NCBI RefSeq assembly: GCF_902652985.1
Contig: NC_047020.1
Location: 7,254,001-7,318,000, forward strand
Direction of reading: 5' to 3'
DNA: 64,000 nucleotides
From: Pecten maximus
Lineage: Eukaryota
Shown here: positions 23,384-36,730 of the stretch, one piece after another
Layout: each line of letters starts with the position of its first letter
How positions within the stretch are numbered: the first letter of the stretch is position 1
The notes under the pieces: model-generated
The model's input: the letters and a program-made list of their open reading frames with translations, nothing else
The model's database searches: none
Told to the model about the DNA's origin: nothing
Position numbers and translations under genes: made by a program

Positions 23384-24589
23384 TTTTATCGATGAGTAAC
23401 AGGATATCAACATTTAACATGATATCCTTTCTAATTACGATATCCGTGATTAACATGATACCCATGATTGACATGATATCCATGATTTATGTACTGTATT
23501 TGTTTAAATATACTTGTACTCACCACTGCATATGAGTTTTCTGTAAATATGTAATAAAACATTAATGTTGTGAATGTTTTTGAAGTACATGTACAATCAA
23601 ACTGTTATTTTCAATTGATTTATTCTCTTTTTATTTAAAAAAAGCCAACATTTCTAGTTCTATGTCATTAGCAATATTTTACGTGAGGTGATAGTATTTT
23701 ATGAAGTACATAATTGATATAAAATACATAATTGATATACAATGTACATATATATTATAAATATCTTCATTTGTCCTATGCGTGATATCAAAATAATATA
23801 CGAACCACATTTATTGTGTTAAAAGTTTTGTTGTGTTATTAGTTTCATGTCTGGATGACATGATTGGCTTGTTGTAGTCACATAGACGGGTATCGACTTC
23901 AATACCAACCATAAAAATGTTGAGGATTGTCAGAGAAATGAAGATGTAAATCTGTTGTACTGATGTATTTAGAACAAATGTGGGTGTAAATCACATTGTT
24001 GGCCAGGACTGATGCTTCTCGTTTTAACAGCTGATATTCACTAAATCTATCATTCCCCTTGGTCTGTAACTGTCATATGTATAACATGTCATCTGATATT
24101 GTCAGTCAAGGTAAATCTACCCTGGTGTTGATGGAAGTTAAGCTCTTCTTATACTGTAGTCCTTCATCAGCTGGATAATAGATTAAATTTAGTTCTTTGT
24201 AGAAAAACATTTTGTCATTGACATGTATTCTATGTAATGTCGCTGTCATCATATCTCATCAGAGTATGAAATACTCCCTTTTTTTATTTTGATTCCATTT
24301 TTAGTTTGAAGTTTGTGTAATTATCTGCATTCAAGTTGGTAAAAGTCAGGACACTTGTCCTTCCAAGGTGAAGCTTGCAGTTAGAGTTACTTCCCTTCCT
24401 TCATTTGGGACAGTATAAAATTTTCTGGAAATTTGTGTGATTTTGATAGATTACCTCTCTAATTGAAACTTTACATGTGAATATTTCTAGAGCTGATTAC
24501 TGTTTACCTACTGTACTTATAAAAATGTAAGGTAGACTATGTAGCATGTAGCATGTAATGTACATAACGGTACATAACAGTACATATTT

Positions 24590-24833
24590 AGAGTGTGACG
24601 TACTGTCTACATAACGGTGTGTAGGTAGAGTGTCACGTACTGTCTACATAACGGTGTGTAGGTAGAGTGTCACGTACTGTCTACATAACGGTGTGTAGGT
24701 AGAGTGTCACGTACTGTCTACATAACGGTGTGTAGGTAGAGTGTGACGTACCGTCTACATAACGGTGTGTAGGTAGAGTGTGACGTACCGTCTACATAAC
24801 GGTGTATAGGTAGAGTGTGACGTACTGTCTACA
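24590..24833. repeat. 37-bp tandem repeat, ~6.5 copies
   Basis: Unit gtactgtctacataacggtgtgtaggtagagtgtcac. Confidence 0.92.
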
Positions 24834-25536
24834 TATATCTGTTTATCCACCTGTATGTCTACTGTACTCTATTCACAGATCTATATGAGTGTTTAATCAA
24901 TACTTGAAATGGTAATGTAAAGTTTCTGAATACGTCTGGACTTTTTTTTCACGCTGCCAATTGTTGCTTTCATACACCCCTAGATACAAGTGTTCTCTGC
25001 ACATGTCAAGGGGAATATCAATCTTAGGTACATGTAGTGCTTTGTTTATGGATGTTAATTAGGGAAATGGGTGGAAAACAAATTGATTATTAACATCAAG
25101 GTTTGGATCTTAAATTGAAAGTCTGGGTTATTGGTCCAGCCTTACACATTTCCTGTAAGTTAAACTCTCTGAAAATTGTAAGTTGTTAAATAGGACTGTG
25201 AAGTTGTTGATGTGATAATGTGTACTGTGATAATAAAATTGTTTTCTTAAACATCGTTTTCATCACTTTTGTTCTGTACAAGGTTTTAACTGAGCTTCAT
25301 TCAGTAAGGAAATGGTTTCAATACTTATCAAATCTGAAAACTGCCATTTTATGTTGACTTACAGAAGACATTTCTCATTTAACTACTGTATAAGTGAATC
25401 CATCATTGAAATTCTTAAAACAAAATTCTGTTGCCAGTATGAAATGTTATAAAAGCATAGATAACACATGGACAATACTATACATTTCAAGGGAGATAAA
25501 TCTTAGCATAGGACATTAAACAAAGTCAAACCCATT

Positions 25537-28502
25537 AATCCTTGTCAGAGTAACCCATCTTCCATCTATCCTTGTCAGAGTAACCCATCTCCCATCTATC
25601 CTTGTTAGAGTAACCCATCTCCCATCTATCCTTGTCAGAGTAACCCATCTCCCATCTATCCTTGTCAGAGTAACCCATCTCCCATATATCCTTGTTATAG
25701 TAACCATCTCCCATCAATCCTTGTCAGAGTAACCCATCTCCCATCTATCCTTGTCAGAGTAACCCATCTCCCATCTATCCTTGTTAGAGTAGCCCATCTC
25801 CCATCTATCCTTGTTAGAGTAACCCATCTCCCATCTATCCTTGTTAGAGTAACCCATCTCCCATCTATCCTTGTCAGAGTAACCCATCTCCCATCTATCC
25901 TTGTCAGAGTAACCCATCTCCCATCTATCCTTGTCAGAGTAACCCATCTCCCATCTATCCTTGTAAGAGTAACCCATCTCCCATCTATCCTTGTCAGAGT
26001 AACCCATCTCCCATCTATCCTTCTCAGAGTAACCATCTCCCATCTATCCTTGTTAGAGTAACCCATCTCCCATCTATTCTTGTCAGAGTAACCCATCTCC
26101 CATCTATCCTTGTTAGAGTAACCCATCTCCCATCTATTCTTGTCAGAGTAACCCATCTCCCATCTATCCTTGTTATAGTAACCCATCTCCCATCTATCCT
26201 TGTTATAGTAACCATCTCCCATCAATCCTTGTCAGAGTAACCCATCTCCCATCTATCCTTGTTAGAGTAGCCCATCTCCCATATATCCTTGTTAGAGTAA
26301 CCCATCTCCCGTCTATCCTTGTCAGAGAAACCCATCTCCAATCTATCCTTGTTAGAGTAACCCATCTCCCATCTATCCTTGTTAGAGTAGCCCATCTCCC
26401 ATCTATCCTTGTTAGAGTAACCCATCTCCCATCTATCCTTGTTAGAGTAACCCATCTCCCATCTATCCTTGTCAGAGTAACCCATCTCCCATCTATCCTT
26501 GTCAGAGTAACCCATCTCCCATATATCCTTGTTATAGTAACCATCTCCCATCAATCCTTGTCAGAGTAACCCATCTCCCATCTATCCTTGTCAGAGTAAC
26601 CCATCTCCCATCTATCCTTGTTAGAGTAGCCCATCTCCCATCTATCCTTGTTAGAGTAACCCATCTCCCATCTATCCTTGTTAGAGTAACCCATCTCCCA
26701 TCTATCCTTGTCAGAGTAACCCATCTCCCATCTATCCTTGTCAGAGTAACCCATCTCCCATCTATCCTTGTCAGAGTAACCCATCTCCCATCTATCCTTG
26801 TAAGAGTAACCCATCTCCCATCTATCCTTGTCAGAGTAACCCATCTCCCATCTATCCTTGTCAGAGTAACCATCTCCCATCTATCCTTGTTAGAGTAACC
26901 CATCTCCCATCTATTCTTGTCAGAGTAACCCATCTCCCATCTATCCTTGTTAGAGTAACCCATCTCCCATCTATTCTTGTCAGAGTAACCCATCTCCCAT
27001 CTATCCTTGTTATAGTAACCCATCTCCCATCTATCCTTGTTATAGTAACCATCTCCCATCAATCCTTGTCAGAGTAACCCATCTCCCATCTATCCTTGTT
27101 AGAGTAGCCCATCTCCCATATATCCTTGTTAGAGTAACCCATCTCCCGTCTATCCTTGTCAGAGAAACCCATCTCCCATCTATCCTTGTTAGAGTAACCC
27201 ATCTCCCATCTATCCTTGTTAGAGTAGCCCATCTCCCATCTATCCTTGTTAGAGTAACCCATCTCCCATCTATCCTTGTTAGAGTAACCCAACTCCCATC
27301 TATCCTTGTCAGAGTAACCCATCTCCCATATATCCTTGTCAGAGTAACCCATCTCCCATCTATTCTTGTCAGAGTAACCCATCTCCCATATATCCTTGTT
27401 ATAGTAACCATCTCCCATCAATCCTTGTCAGAGTAACCCATCTCCCATCTATCCTTGTTAGAGTAGCCCATCTCCCATCTATCCTTGTCAGAGTAACCCA
27501 TCTCCCATCTATCCTTGTTAGAGTAACCCATCTCCCATCTATTCTTGTCAGAGTAACCCATCTCCCATATATCCTTGTTAGAGTAACCCATCTCCCATAT
27601 ATCCTTGTTATAGTAACCATCTCCCATCAATCCTTGTCAGAGTAACCCATCTCCCATCTATCCTTGTCAGAGAAACCCATCTCCCATCTATCCTTGTTAG
27701 AGTAACCCATCTCCCATATATCCTTGTCAGAGTAACCCATCTCCCATCTATTCTTGTCAGAGTAACCCATCTCCCATATATCCTTGTTATAGTAACCATC
27801 TCCCATCAATCCTTGTCAGAGTAACCCATCTCCCATCTATCCTTGTTAGAGTAGCCCATCTCCCATCTATCCTTGTCAGAGTAACACATCTCCCATCTAT
27901 CCTTGTCAGAGTAACACATCTCCCATCTATCCTTGTTAGAGTAACCCATCTCCCATCTATTCTTGTCAGAGTAACCCATCTCCCATATATCCTTGTTAGA
28001 GTAACCCATCTCCCATATATCCTTGTTATAGTAACCATCTCCCATCAATCCTTGTCAGAGTAACCCATCTCCCATATATCCTTGTTAGAGTAACCCATCT
28101 CCCATCTATCCTTGTTAGAGTAACCCATCTCCCATCTATCCTTGTCAGAGTAACCCATCTCCCATCTATCCTTGTCAGAGTAACCCATCTCCCATCTATC
28201 CTTGTCAGAGTAACCCATCTCCCATCTATCCTTGTCAGAGTAACCCATCTCCCATCTATCCTTGTCAGAGTAACCCATCTCCCATCTATCCTTGTCAGAG
28301 TAACCCATCTCCCATATATCCTTGTCAGAGTAACCCATCTCCCATATATCCTTGTTAGAGTAACCCATCTCCCATCTATCCTTGTCAGAATAACCCATCT
28401 CCCATATATCCTTGTCAGAGTAACCCATCTCCCATATATCCTTGTCAGAGTAACACATCGCCCATCTATCCTTGTCAGAGTAACACATCTCCCATCTATC
28501 CT
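25537..28502. repeat. 30-bp satellite (~100 copies) with an 837-bp higher-order block
   Basis: Unit ATCCTTGTCAGAGTAACCCATCTCCCATCT. Near-identical ORF translations recur at 25695/26532 and 26024/26861. Confidence 0.96.
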
Positions 28503-28949
28503 GGTGTTCAATTAAAAAAATATCTGACAAGATGGTAGCCATTGTCCATCTGTTGCTCTAAAATTAAAATAAATGAGGTATGAAATACAATGTACACCTC
28601 AAATATCCCTGAATGACCATCTTCCTGTTCTTTTATAAGAGTGGCCTCCCTTATGCCAATTGAAAAGGCCAAGGACCAAGACATCATGAAGGCAACTGTT
28701 AATTAAAGACATGCATTTTATCGACAGTGATAAAAAGCAAAAAATCCAGAGGTTCGGACAGATGATTACAGTGTACTTAAACAGTTTGAAACTTTTGATC
28801 AACAGAAACTAGATGAACACTTATCTAACTTTCATATCCTGTGTTACAAAAATCTCTGTATAATATTTAACAAATGGTCCTTGATGAGATTTTGTTATAT
28901 TGTCGGTAACTGACCCCCTTAAAAACAATTAGGGTCAGTTCGATGTAAA

Positions 28950-29457
28950 GGAGGCTGGAGCTCTGACCTCAACCCTACAATTCCTATTGACCCTGGTTTT
29001 ATAGGGAGTCAGTAAAATATACAGGAGACTGGGGCTCTGACCTCAACCCTATACATCTTATTGACCCTGGTTTTATAGGGAGTCAGTAAGATATACAGGA
29101 GACTGGGGCTCTGACCTCAACCCTATACATCTTATTGACCCTGGTTTTATAGGGAGTCAGTAAGATATACAGGAGACTGGGGCTCTGACCTCAACCCTAT
29201 AAATCTTATTGACCCTGGTTTTATAGGGAGTCAGTAAGATATACAGGAGACTGGAGCTCTGACCTCAACCCTATAAATCTTATTGACCCTGGTTTTATAG
29301 GGAGTCAGTAAGATATACAGGAGACTGGGGCTCTGACCTCACCCCTATAAATCTTATTGACCCTGGTTTTATAGGGAGTCAGTAAGATATACAGGAGACT
29401 GGGGCTCTGACCTCAACCCCTATAAATCTTATTGACCCTGGTTTTATAGAGGGTCAG
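28950..29457. repeat. 74-bp tandem repeat, ~7 copies
   Basis: Unit ggagactggggctctgacctcaaccctata(c/a)atcttattgaccctggttttatagggagtcagtaagatataca. Confidence 0.93.
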
Positions 29458-31630
29458 ATAGAACATCCGCCAAGCCCAAACACCCAAATCATTACGAATA
29501 AGCATCTTTCTGATCGTAATGTGTAAACAGTATCTCTAGCAACGCCTAGATTTGAAGTCAGAAAGGTTCAACGAAATCTCCAATCAGGGTTTATGGTATA
29601 TAAAATAGCCTAAATGTGGTTCTTGTGGAGTATTCAGGTAACAAAACAATTGTTTCTTGCCTAATTAAACTGATAAGACATGAAACAACTGTATAATATG
29701 GACCATGGGTTGAGAATTTGTGCCAATTGCCCATCTGGTGGTACCCGTTATTTGTAAACAAGTGTTGCTGTGGTATCAATAGTAACAAACTACAAAACAA
29801 AGCTTGTATATTGATATTTGGTTTTTATTTTGTTCGTATAAAATCATGTCGATGACTCTGATATGTGACATATATTGCTAGAGCGAGAGTATAAGTAATA
29901 GGGACAACACAGATATATAGTGTCAGTACACAACACCTGATTCTAACAATCACAGGTCATATACAAATCTTTGGTAAAGATTTGATAACGTACAGCATAT
30001 CTTAAAGATTTTCAGAATTAAAGCAAAACTGATTTAGAAAAAATACCAATATATCTTGTAAAACAGGACATTTTAATAAAATTGTTATTGGTAAATAGAA
30101 ATAGTAAACATTTTTTTCATTACATATCTTGGAGCAGTGATAAAGGTAATCTTTGGAAAGGAGGAATAAACAAAAAATACATTTAAAGATTAATGCTGTA
30201 GATAAAGACATTTAAACTGTTAACGACAGAAGGAGAAAACTTATAAAACTTTACACAAATAATTTTTGATTTTGGTAAGTAATATCACATCTTGAGTTTC
30301 TGAGAACCACTCCTCACCAGTGAGTACAACATGCCATGATAGGCAGAAGAATTTGATTTACTGAGTCAATATGTATAAACTTCCTTAGATATTAGACATA
30401 CTATTAATTTGTGGAAAATTACTAAATCCAGAGAATGAAATGGAAGAATAATTACATCTGAAGGTATAATAAACTTTTAGTCAAGATGATTACAGAAATA
30501 CTTATTTAAAACAGTCCTGGGAAGTTTTGCCCTTTACAGGTGAAGAATAACAACTGACCACTACTTTGTTAGTCCAGCTGAACAGAGAGAAGATGTATGT
30601 CTGGATGGAATGTAAACTTTATGGTTTTGCTCCTTGAAAGACTTGGACCTATTACAGTACAAACTTTCGGTACAATTGCTGTAAAACTTGCTACACATAT
30701 ACACAAACTGCATGGCAGTCATATCAGAATCACAGCTCAGATACAAACACTCAACTGATACTACACTTCCACTCAAATCTAAGTCACATCAACACTTGTA
30801 CCAGTCATCTTATGACCAATACATATACAGTATGTATTTTTTTTTTTCAAAATACATTTTGACACCGCCACTCTTATTAGTAAACATACAAAGGAATTCC
30901 ATAAAGCTGGCGTAATCCTGGGCCCAAAGGCAACAGACTTATAATGGGGACACTAATATCTGCAGTGGAGAATCAATTTAATTAAAGTTCTGAAAATGAC
31001 TTAATTCCGAATCAATTTTAAAATGAAAAATCCTTTTATGCTAACATTTTGGTTATTTTTTCAGAAATTAGTATCGTAAGTTTGAAAAATACATGGAACA
31101 TGAGGACTAAGGAGAAGCATGGAATGGGAGATATTAAGTTTGTCGCCTGACAGCCCAATATTTTCTAAAACCAATACAAACTCAGATTACAAAACTTCTG
31201 ATTAGAAAAAGTAGTTCATGTTAACACACTCAGAAAAATGTTTCTGCACACCAAAGGTGAAATGAGGATTACAATGTAAAAATATTATTAAGTCTATACA
31301 CAAATTCATTTGCACCAAGTCATTTCACCTCACTCCATTTACTCACACTCATTTCATCAATCACATAAAAACCTTTTGTTCAATATTACATTGTTTACAA
31401 ATGCCTATGTACAAATTTCTCATTTCCTTTTTCATCATAACATTGAATGAGGAAATAATGAATTCTGAATTTACAAATTTATAAAATATTTCATGCAAAT
31501 GTTATTTATTTTTGCATAATTGATTTGAAAACATAATAATTACTGAATGCTTCACAAGTAAGGGAGACAATTCACATCTCCCAACAATAAAGGTATAATT
31601 CATAAATTAGACATATAGAGACCTGAGAGG

Positions 31631-33384
31631 TTATACATATTCCTCATCCTCCTGGTGAACTTCGACCTCTGGTGACCCGTCCAGATTGTCACCGTCTGGG
31701 AGGGATGCTATGTCACGAAACACACCTACTAATTTCTCAAAACTTGGGCCCCAGTTTAAGAATTCGTCCCAGTTAAATGAACCATTTATTGGCTTAGCAC
31801 CATTAGAGTGACCATCCTCTGAGGAGCCAAAGGAATCACCATTAGAAGTCCGTCCATCAGACATGAACTTTCTATGATTGTTATTGTTGTGTGTGTTATA
31901 ATCTTGATTTTCATTTTCCACTTCTGCCAGTTTTGATAAGATGATGTTGGATGAATCAAAATCATTTCGAGGCCTTTCACTCTCGTACTCAAACTCTGAG
32001 CATGTGAACGAGTCATTTGCACTTTCCTCAGAACTTGAATCTGGAGGTTCCAACCCAGAACTGTTGTGTATATATGGTGGATGATGTCCATGACTCGCAC
32101 TTGAGGAGGAAACCATTTCCACCATGCTCTCCGGACTGGGTGGCTGGGGGCGCGTATTAAGTTTTTGAATTTCCCCGATAGTGAGGCCCTTGACCTGGCG
32201 CGGCTGTGGGGGCTGCACCTTGACAAGGTTTCCACGTGAGGGGTGGCCCTTAGGAAGGGAGGGAGGACGGGCCACAGAAGAACTGGAGCTATGACTGTGA
32301 TGACTGGCAAGACTGTGCTCAGAGTCTGTCCGACTGTGATGTACATGGTCGGACAGTGGTGTCCCCCGCACATTAGGGTTTGTCATGGGACTGTACCTCA
32401 TGTGTGGCGACTGTCTAGAAAGGTGGTTCATAGGGCTGTTCCTGGCCCCAAGTACTGCGGGACTATTGCGTGCAGAGTTGTGTAGTTGAGAGGGGTCCAG
32501 CATAGCGGGACTGTGGGTCAGTCCCTGACGACCATAAGGAGAAGGACTCTCTCTGATAGGTACCGAGTTTCGGCCAGACACAGTCTGCGGACTCTGACCA
32601 TGCCTCGAGGAATGTTTATGAGGTTTGTGGTGCATGTTGTTTAGGTGGGAGTGATGGGGGTAGGGATGTTTGTTTACTCCACGGAAATCACGATAATGTG
32701 CCACCACATCAATGTCTGATGGAGCAATACTACTGGCATTGTCTATATCATAATGCTCCGGAATGTCTTCACTTGTTAAATGCATGTTAATAGCATCACC
32801 GTTGTCTATAATCACGGTTCCATCATCGATCTCCAGCGGTAACTGTCGGCGATGCTGCCTGTCCGAGCTGATGATATCTGGCCTACTGAACTGGTTGTTA
32901 GGCTGGTTACGTCGTGCAGAAAGTCCCTGGTCAATGTGTGAGCTAATGAAGTCTTCTTCTGTAGGGTGGTCACCATACCCAGAATCCTGATGACTGTTAG
33001 CACTACTGCTGGTGAAATTTTTATTCACATGTGCATTGCCATTCATTTTGGCTTGCCCAGATTTTGATTTACTCAGTTGCCTTCGTTTAAAGCGACAGAA
33101 GATAAACACAGCAATGATCACAATGATTAAAACTCCGAAGAATGCAATCACCACAATAACACCGATCCCAATACCAGAATCTGACTCGGCACCACTAACA
33201 GGACCACATTTCACTTCTTCCCCCACCGGGGTACACACACGATCCCCACAGGGGGAGTTAGAGCAAAGGGCAGAACAGCCATTCTCCACACCGCCTGATG
33301 GTTCCACTATAAATCGGTTAGTTGTACCATTGAGTGTGATTGGTTGGTTGTCCAGACGGAACACTGAGATACACCCGCCGAATC
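31631..33384 (-). CDS. FAT4: Fat/FAT4 protocadherin last exon: end of LamG, EGF, transmembrane helix, cytoplasmic tail
   Basis: TM IGVIVVIAFFGVLIIVIIAVFIFC. Fat4-type motifs EHYDIDNASSIAPSD, DSFTCSEF, FNWDEFLNWGP..VFRDIASLP and C-terminal EEYV. Confidence 0.93.
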
Positions 33385-33684
33385 CTGGTCAAAGGAGAGA
33401 AAAACTTAATTAGGACTAAATATTGACAAGTCACATATAATTGTACACAATGTTTTGTTTTAGTGTATTGTTACTATCCTCAACAATATTGGTAAAATGG
33501 TCTGATTTATGTCTCTATTTAAAAACTTTAATTTAATTTATGAGAACAATATAAAGCTATTTATCATTGAAAATAGAATGAGATTAAACACCATGGTCCA
33601 ATATTCCAGTTAGATGCTATATTACCAAACATGTCAGTTATGTGGGTAAGACTTTTATCCTAATGCCATCTTACACATCATATT

Positions 33685-33906
33685 TGTAGTTTTTTCTAGT
33701 TACGTGCACTTAATAATCATCTGATAATTCTGAATCAGTTGTACTGATGGAACAGAGCGCATGCTTAATTAAATTTAAATCACTGCCTCCACTAGGGATC
33801 GAACCCGGGACCTCTGACTTACTAGTCTTACACTAAACCGATCGAGCTAAAGAGAAGATCTCTCTAGCCGAGCGGTATATTGCGGCTAGTATTTACCAGG
33901 GTTACA
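33685..33906 (-). mobile_element. tRNA-derived SINE-like element (tRNA-like core ~33784-33855)
   Basis: Minus-strand A box TAGCTCGATCGG (33849-33838), anticodon-like arm GAC-TAGTAA-GTC and B box GGTTCGATCC (33805-33796). D arm and acceptor stem are degraded. Outer boundaries are approximate. Confidence 0.6.
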
Positions 33907-34047
33907 CTGAAGCAAGCAGATTTTCCTGGCATCATTGGCCAAGTATTAGAATGACATATATTTTTTTTTGTGAGGAACTCTTTTGAAAATGAGATTTACT
34001 ATAGGTAAGGCCTCATACTCCCTTAAGGTTTTATCAGGATTGCATAC

Positions 34048-34194
34048 CTTGTCGGCTGACATCTCCTACAGAGGACGGAGAGGGATCACCTCCTAAAGCT
34101 AGAGTTGTAACTTCAGGATCGGAGAAGAGGAAGGCTGAGGAAAGTTCCTTGGTAGTTCCTGTGTGTCCCTGTACAGCCAGGTTCACTTGTGTAC
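34048..34194 (-). CDS. FAT4: FAT4 exon (laminin-G 2)
   Basis: 147 nt, phase 1-1, open frame GTQVNLAVQG...TLALGG, GT/AG boundaries. Confidence 0.85.
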
Positions 34195-34228
34195 CTTTAG
34201 GGTAAATATAAAGTCATTAGTCTGGGTA

Positions 34229-34480
34229 CATACAGTAAATCACTACACTCACCTATATATGTATCTAATATACAGTAAATCATTACACTCACGTATATAT
34301 GTATCTAATATACAGTAAATCATTACACTCACCTATATATGTATCTAATATACAGTAAATCATTACACTCACCTATATATGTATCTAATATACAGTAAAT
34401 CATTACACTCACCTATATATGTATCTAATATACAGTAAATCATTACACTCACCTATATATGTATCTAATATACAGTAAAT
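34229..34480. repeat. 40-bp tandem repeat, ~6 copies
   Basis: Unit tacagtaaatcattacactcacctatatatgtatctaata. Confidence 0.93.
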
Positions 34481-34662
34481 CTGAAAAAACACCACTATGA
34501 ATAAGAAATCATTTCTCGTTACATTTGAACATGAAGATTTGTTCTCCTATTTTTGCCATTAATGTATTTACCTGTGCCCTGTTTTCACCTTGCATATGAT
34601 CGATGTGTACCTAAGTATGTATTTACCTGTTTTTACCTGTATAAATGATTGTTTGTATTTAC

Positions 34663-34777
34663 CTGTAACACTGACGGTGACGTTGTACCAGTTTCCGTCG
34701 GACACCTGGACAGACGACAGCTGTACGGTCTGAATCCCCTGCTGTAGTATACTGTACTGTAGCTTTCCTTCAATCAC
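34663..34777 (-). CDS. FAT4: FAT4 exon (laminin-G 2)
   Basis: VIEGKLQYS...VSDGNWYNVTV, phase 0-1. Confidence 0.88.
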
Positions 34778-35011
34778 CTGTGGGTCAAAGTCGATCACTC
34801 ACATAACTATCATAGCTAGGTCATAAACATCAACTCATAGAAATAACTGACCAGTACAGCAGTAATTTACCATTACATCACTTTATGTAACAATATTTAC
34901 ATTAGTTCCTTGAATTAACAGGACTTTCTATTAATTCTTTATTACATCTTTACATCATTTATTTACAACAAAACAACTTTACATCATTTGTAATAGGATA
35001 AGATCACTTAC

Positions 35012-35220
35012 AGATAGAAGGGCACTGTAGTCAGAGTTCTGAGCGGCATAAAACAGGAGACCATTTTGGGCTGTAGTACGGAATCTGATGAACACACTGG
35101 AAGTACCAATAGCACGTCTCTTTCTGTTTGTCGACGTGCCGACAACACTGTCTTTATAGTAACTGTCCCTCTGTGTGAATCGTACAAATGTGTTGGCACC
35201 AAACCCAAATGGTTTGATCT
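35012..35220 (-). CDS. FAT4: FAT4 exon (start of laminin-G 2)
   Basis: FIRFRTTAQNGLLFY, phase 1-0. Confidence 0.88.
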
Positions 35221-35340
35221 CTGAAACAATCAAAACAGTCATTATAAGTTTACCATCCACAACAAAAATACATCAAACTAAGCATCAAATCACTATGGCA
35301 ACGAAATCTACTAAAACATTATAAATACACAGATACTGAC

Positions 35341-35649
35341 CTGTCTGACACGAGGCACCACTGTATTTCTCAGAACAGCGACAATGGGCTTTGCTCCACT
35401 CATCAACACAGACACCACCATTGCTGCAGATGACACCTGTACATGCACTCTTCCCTTCTGACCTTGGGACATGTGTTTGTGACCTTGACCTTAGCCAGGT
35501 AATCTGATCGTGTTATTAGGTTGCTGTCATTGCAGTAGAAGTTCCTAATGCAGCCAATGAAATCATGTGTAACAATTTGGTTCCTGCTGGTGATTTCTGT
35601 GATGTCTTCTATTCCACCAATCCTCAACTCACCTTCTAGATACAAGGTC
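35341..35649 (-). CDS. FAT4: FAT4 exon (end of laminin-G 1 plus EGF), containing a +1 frameshift as assembled
   Basis: LRIGG...DFIGCIRN in one frame, then CSNGGVCVDEWSKAHCRC in the adjacent frame. 309 nt where the flanking phases require 308. Confidence 0.82.
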
Positions 35650-36626
35650 CTGTTGTCATCAAAAGAAAATATTGTCAATAATTTTGTTACAAAAAAACTA
35701 AAAAAATATTTGAAAATTTCTCAGACCATTGCATTGTCAAAGATGGATGACTGTATTAAAGTAGTCAGAAGATATTGTCAGATTTTGTCACTATTTTAGG
35801 ACTATACATGACATACGGAGGTCAAAACTAATTATTTAAACTACATACAGATTATACACAACATACGGAGGTCAAAACTAATTATTTAAATTCTTTAATA
35901 ATTCTCCAGTTTGATGATGGAGGATATTGTATACCCTGTTGTAAATAACACCATTAACTCAACCCAAGGTTCCTTTATTACATCTATACCGGAAACTCTA
36001 CACCTTAATCCAGGTACACATCAAATTACATGCCAACAGACGAAACCTCCACCAGTCATGTGACCCCTCCACTAGAATTGTACCCACACATAGCAGTAGA
36101 ATACCTAATGCAGAGGAAATACTGTTTAATGACGAATCGTGTGGCCTGTGTAACTAGATAGTGAGAATATGGTACCAGACAATACGTATAAGTGCTACAA
36201 TCACCACAAGGTGCGTGCATTCCACCATTAATTTCTAAGGCCGTCTTACAGAATCGCTCAGGCGTGCCTACAGCTTCCATTCACAGACAGATACAATGTA
36301 ACAGTAATCAAAACTTAAAACTCGTATAGGAAGTTTTCAGTTACATGTTACTGGTGAGATTAAAGGACAATCAAAGGCCCCACTATTTGGCTATAGGTAC
36401 AAACGTTTTGTCTCCCTGTGTATTTTATAGAACTTGTTTGTCATAAATATAAATAAGATATACTGAATCTCAATGGCTTCGTCTATTGTTACATCATAAC
36501 CGGGTCATATCAATTCTTCATTGTTTTCCCCCAAATTGAGCTGACGATGACCTGTTTGCTTTGTTGGTACATGTACACAGCTTTTTAACCGAATGTACAA
36601 GTGTTTTTGTTAAATTCTGTACTCAC

Positions 36627-36730
36627 CCTGCATTCTGTGAGTTGTAACCATGACAGAAGGAGTTACCATCCTCACAGGGCAGGCATTCTTCTCCAGTCGC
36701 TGGGCAGTCATGGACATGGACATCTACTCT
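36627..36730 (-). CDS. FAT4: FAT4 exon (laminin-G 1, Cys-rich)
   Basis: RVDVHVHDCPATGEECLPC..., phase 0-2, canonical splice sites. Confidence 0.82.

Noticed and set aside
25516-28542. Many repetitive - strand ORFs (WEMGYSDKDR / VTLTRIDGRW)
   Set aside because: Artefacts of the 30-bp satellite, repeatedly broken by 29-bp units.
33784-33855. Functional tRNA-Thr gene
   Set aside because: The D arm and acceptor stem do not pair properly, so it was treated as a tRNA-derived repeat.
36056-36280. 74-aa Cys-containing ORF in a FAT4 intron as an extra exon
   Set aside because: No convincing splice sites or domain pattern, and the flanking exons already join in phase.
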